Assembly (NCBI GenBank): GCA_016872385.1
Contig: VGZV01000007.1
Span: 735 to 64,734, forward strand
Source of the DNA: SAR202 cluster bacterium
GTDB lineage: Bacteria; Chloroflexota; Dehalococcoidia; Lucifugimonadales; UBA3495
Reading direction: 5' to 3'
DNA length: 64,000 bases
This document shows, one piece after another, positions 61,108-64,000 of this stretch. The notes under the pieces are model-generated. The model saw only the letters and a list, made by a program, of their open reading frames with translations. It was not told the DNA's origin and made no database searches. Position 1 is the first letter of the stretch, and the number at the start of each line of letters is the position of its first letter. Position numbers and translations under genes: made by a program.

Positions 61108-62274
61108 TTACCGGAAGAAGCCCCGGTGTTGCCGAGGCGCGCTCTGGCGGCGCAAGAAGCTGGGCACGTCCAGCTCGGCCTCAGTCTTGGGGGCTACGTC
61201 CTGGAGCAGCCGCAGCAGCTCGGCTTCCCGTATCTGAGGCGTGTCCGTGGTCATGGGGAAGGCGGCGGCAATCATGGTAATCTTGACTTCGTCGTCCATC
61301 TTCGGGTCCTTGGTGGTGCCAAAGATGATGTTGGCTTCGGGGTCGGCCAGTTCCTGGATGATGTTGGCGGATTCCTGGACCTCTTTCAGGCTCAGGGTTG
61401 GACCGCCGGTGATGACGAACAGGATGCGCTTGGCCCCGTCCAGGGCAATGTCCAGCAGCGGGCTTCGAGTGGCGGCCTTGGCGGCGTCCACGGCCCGGGT
61501 GTCGCCCTTGCCCCGGCCAATGGCCAGCCAGGACTGGCCGGCGTTGCCCAGGATTGTCTTGATGTCAGCGAAGTCCACGTTGATTTCGCCAGGCACCGTA
61601 ATGACTTCAGCAATGGCCTGGATGCCCTGCTGCAATACGGAGTCGGCCAGCTTGAGGGCCTCTTCCCAGGTATAGGTCTGGTCCCGCTGGTTGTTCAGTT
61701 CCATGAGCCGGTCATTGGGGATGACCACTAAGGTGTCCACGTGGTCCCGCAGCCGGGCAATGCCGTCCTCGGCGTTCTTGCGGCGGGCCGCCGCCTCAAA
61801 GGAGAAGGGCCGGCTCACCACTGCCACGGTCAGCGCCCCGGCTTCCTTGGCAATCTGGGCCACCACCGGGCTGGCGCCGGTGCCGGTGCCGCCGCCCATG
61901 CCTGCGGCGATGAACACCATGTCCGCGCCTTTGACGATTTTCTCAATGTCGGAGCGGCTTTCTTCCGCCGCCTGGCGTCCCAGGTCGGGCTGGGCGCCAG
62001 CCCCCAGGCCGCGGGTCAACTGTGCGCCCAGGGCAATGCGGTGGGGCACCTCGGTGCGGTAAAGGTGCTGCAGGTCAGTGTTCAGTGCGTAGTATTCCAC
62101 CACGGGCAGCTTATCTTTGCACATGCGGCTGACGGCGTTGGTGCCGCCGCCGCCGATGCCGATTACCTTAATGCTGGGAACCCCGGAGTTGCCCTGGGGG
62201 AAACCGGGCATAATTTCTGCGGGCTTGTCGTTGCCCTGTCCAGGGGTCCAGGATCCAGGATTGTTCATGACCAT
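61108..62274 (-). CDS. ftsZ: Cell division protein FtsZ
   Basis: IGIGGGGTNAV, NTD, GLGAGA, GMGGGTGTG, INVDFAD, LDVPSFLR. Confidence 0.98.
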   Translation of the reverse strand: MVMNNPGSWTPGQGNDKPAEIMPGFPQGNSGVPSIKVIGIGGGGTNAVSRMCKDKLPVVEYYALNTDLQHLYRTEVPHRIALGAQLTRGLGAGAQPDLGRQAAEESRSDIEKIVKGADMVFIAAGMGGGTGTGASPVVAQIAKEAGALTVAVVSRPFSFEAAARRKNAEDGIARLRDHVDTLVVIPNDRLMELNNQRDQTYTWEEALKLADSVLQQGIQAIAEVITVPGEINVDFADIKTILGNAGQSWLAIGRGKGDTRAVDAAKAATRSPLLDIALDGAKRILFVITGGPTLSLKEVQESANIIQELADPEANIIFGTTKDPKMDDEVKITMIAAAFPMTTDTPQIREAELLRLLQDVAPKTEAELDVPSFLRRQSAPRQHRGFFR

Positions 62275-62383
62275 GACTTCACTCCTCCGTGCTGCGATGC
62301 CTACAAGTTTAGTTTTTTGTTGTTGTGCCCCCTGCCAGGGACACTGGGGATTGGATTATTTCCCAGTCTGGGTGAGGTCCGGC

Positions 62384-63652
62384 CTAGGCAGGCCCGCCCA
62401 CGGGAAGCTCTTCAGGCTCCTGCTCCTTGGTGCGTTGGAACCGACCTGCCAGCAGCTTGCGCATCCAGGTGTGCCGCGGTTCGCTGCGGGAAGGCTTCCA
62501 GTCTCCCTGGTGCTTGATGCCCCAAAGGAGGACTCCCACTGCGGAGGAGAAGGCAGGTTTCCTTAGTTCTGCGGGCAGACCAGCTATGCCCAAAGGCGAG
62601 GCGACGCGGACCGGCGATCCGGTAATCTTTTGCGCCAGTTCCCGGAATCCCTCCATTTCCGCACCGCCGCCAGTCAAAACAATGCCGCCGCTGGGCATAT
62701 GGCGTAGTCCAGCCTGATTAACCCGCAATATCGCCAGTTTTAGCAGCTCCGCCAGCCGCATTTGCAGCGGTTCGCACATGGCGCGCCGCTTGATTACACG
62801 CTGAGGTTCGCCCTGGTACCCTGGCACCACCACCTCTTCGTCGGCCCGCACCAATTCCGCCAGTGCATTGCCGAATTTGATCTTGAGTTTTTCCGCCCGG
62901 TAATAAGGGATGTGCAGGGCCTCTGCCAGGTCGCCGGTGGCCTGGTTGCCGCCTACCGGCACCACCGTGGAAAACCAGGGTGTACCGTGCCGGTACACCG
63001 CCACGTCAGTGGTGCCGCCCCCAATGTCCATCATTATGACGCCCATCTCCCGCTCGTCCCCGGTCAGGGTAGCTTCGGCCGAAGCCAGAGACTGGGCCAC
63101 CAGGCTCCGCACCGGAATGCGGTTGCCCTCCACCGCCCGCACCGAGTTCTTCAAAACTGCGGCATCTCCCAGCACCACGTGGGCCTCCACCTGCACCTGC
63201 TTGGCGTGCAGCCCGGTGGGGTTGCGCACTCCGGGCAGGCCGTCCACCTCGTAGCCGGTGGGGATGATGTGCAGCACCTCTTGGGACGGGTCCACCTGGG
63301 GATAGGAAGCCTGGAGCAGGCGCTGAATCTGGTGGGCGGTAATGCCGCCGATGTCCTGGGGGTCGGTGAGCGTGTCCTTAATGTTCAGGCAGCTCAGGTG
63401 GCTGCCGCTGACGCCCACGTAAGCCCCGGAAACCACTCCCCGGGAAACGTACCTTTGGGCATCGTCCAAACAGATTCGCACCGCTTCTTGGGCTTCGGAA
63501 AGGTTTTCAATCCGGCCCTTTTGCACTCCCTGGGACGGCGTCTTGCCAAACCCCAGGATCTTAAGTTCGCCTTCTGATCCCACGCGCGCCACCAAGGCGC
63601 AAACCTTGGTAGTCCCAATATCTACGGCTGTGTAGAAAATCTCTTTAGCCAA
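62384..63652 (-). CDS. ftsA: Cell division protein FtsA
   Basis: VDIGTTKV, DIGGGTTD, VGG..T.D, VLTGGG. Confidence 0.96.
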   Translation of the reverse strand: MAKEIFYTAVDIGTTKVCALVARVGSEGELKILGFGKTPSQGVQKGRIENLSEAQEAVRICLDDAQRYVSRGVVSGAYVGVSGSHLSCLNIKDTLTDPQDIGGITAHQIQRLLQASYPQVDPSQEVLHIIPTGYEVDGLPGVRNPTGLHAKQVQVEAHVVLGDAAVLKNSVRAVEGNRIPVRSLVAQSLASAEATLTGDEREMGVIMMDIGGGTTDVAVYRHGTPWFSTVVPVGGNQATGDLAEALHIPYYRAEKLKIKFGNALAELVRADEEVVVPGYQGEPQRVIKRRAMCEPLQMRLAELLKLAILRVNQAGLRHMPSGGIVLTGGGAEMEGFRELAQKITGSPVRVASPLGIAGLPAELRKPAFSSAVGVLLWGIKHQGDWKPSRSEPRHTWMRKLLAGRFQRTKEQEPEELPVGGPA

Positions 63653-63770
63653 GCTGCCACCATCCTAAGAGGCCGGTTTCCGGCCGGTTTGTTAGTTTTT
63701 GCCCGTGACGGTGGATATCCTTTTGCCTGGGGCCTACTGGCGCTCCAGGGCTTTTCACTTTGTTACATTC

Positions 63771-64000
<230 letters not shown>

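Overview
High-GC bacterial chromosome segment. Gene content (short EF-Ts, rsmH-ftsA-ftsZ with no mur genes, cofE, several molybdopterin-enzyme subunits, pdxST, nrdR/nrdJ) points to Chloroflexota, most likely Dehalococcoidia/SAR202-like (inference). Most of it is housekeeping: tmk, pdxST, hisAH, cofE, dinB, rplS, priA, def, secDF, nfo, rpsB-tsf-pyrH-frr-uppS-cdsA-dxr-rseP, rplU-rpmA-rpmE, pepA, proC, nrdJ, nrdR, ftsZ, ftsA, rsmH. The strongest unusual signal is a thioredoxin-NHL protein (NHLRC2/SOQ1-like) with an in-frame TGA in its CCINC motif (reading C-U-I-N-C) followed by a SECIS-like hairpin, i.e. a probable selenoprotein that the ORF track truncates. Intergenic DNA holds a layered repeat system: at least five MITE end-types carrying interchangeable REP-like cargo, a 16-17 bp micro-hairpin inserted at G^C sites, 7/8/9-mer periodic inverted repeats, and a three-copy promoter-like 34-bp direct repeat beside a HEPN-like gene. 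Other oddities: a B12-binding radical-SAM-fold protein lacking CxxxCxxC, SecD with two SecF-like domain inserts, RseP with a permuted DUF5666-like insert, a protealysin pseudogene with an intact emfourin inhibitor, and a 159-bp duplication of the nrdR promoter. No rRNA, tRNA, CRISPR array or intact transposase was recognised. All calls are by eye; no searches were run.
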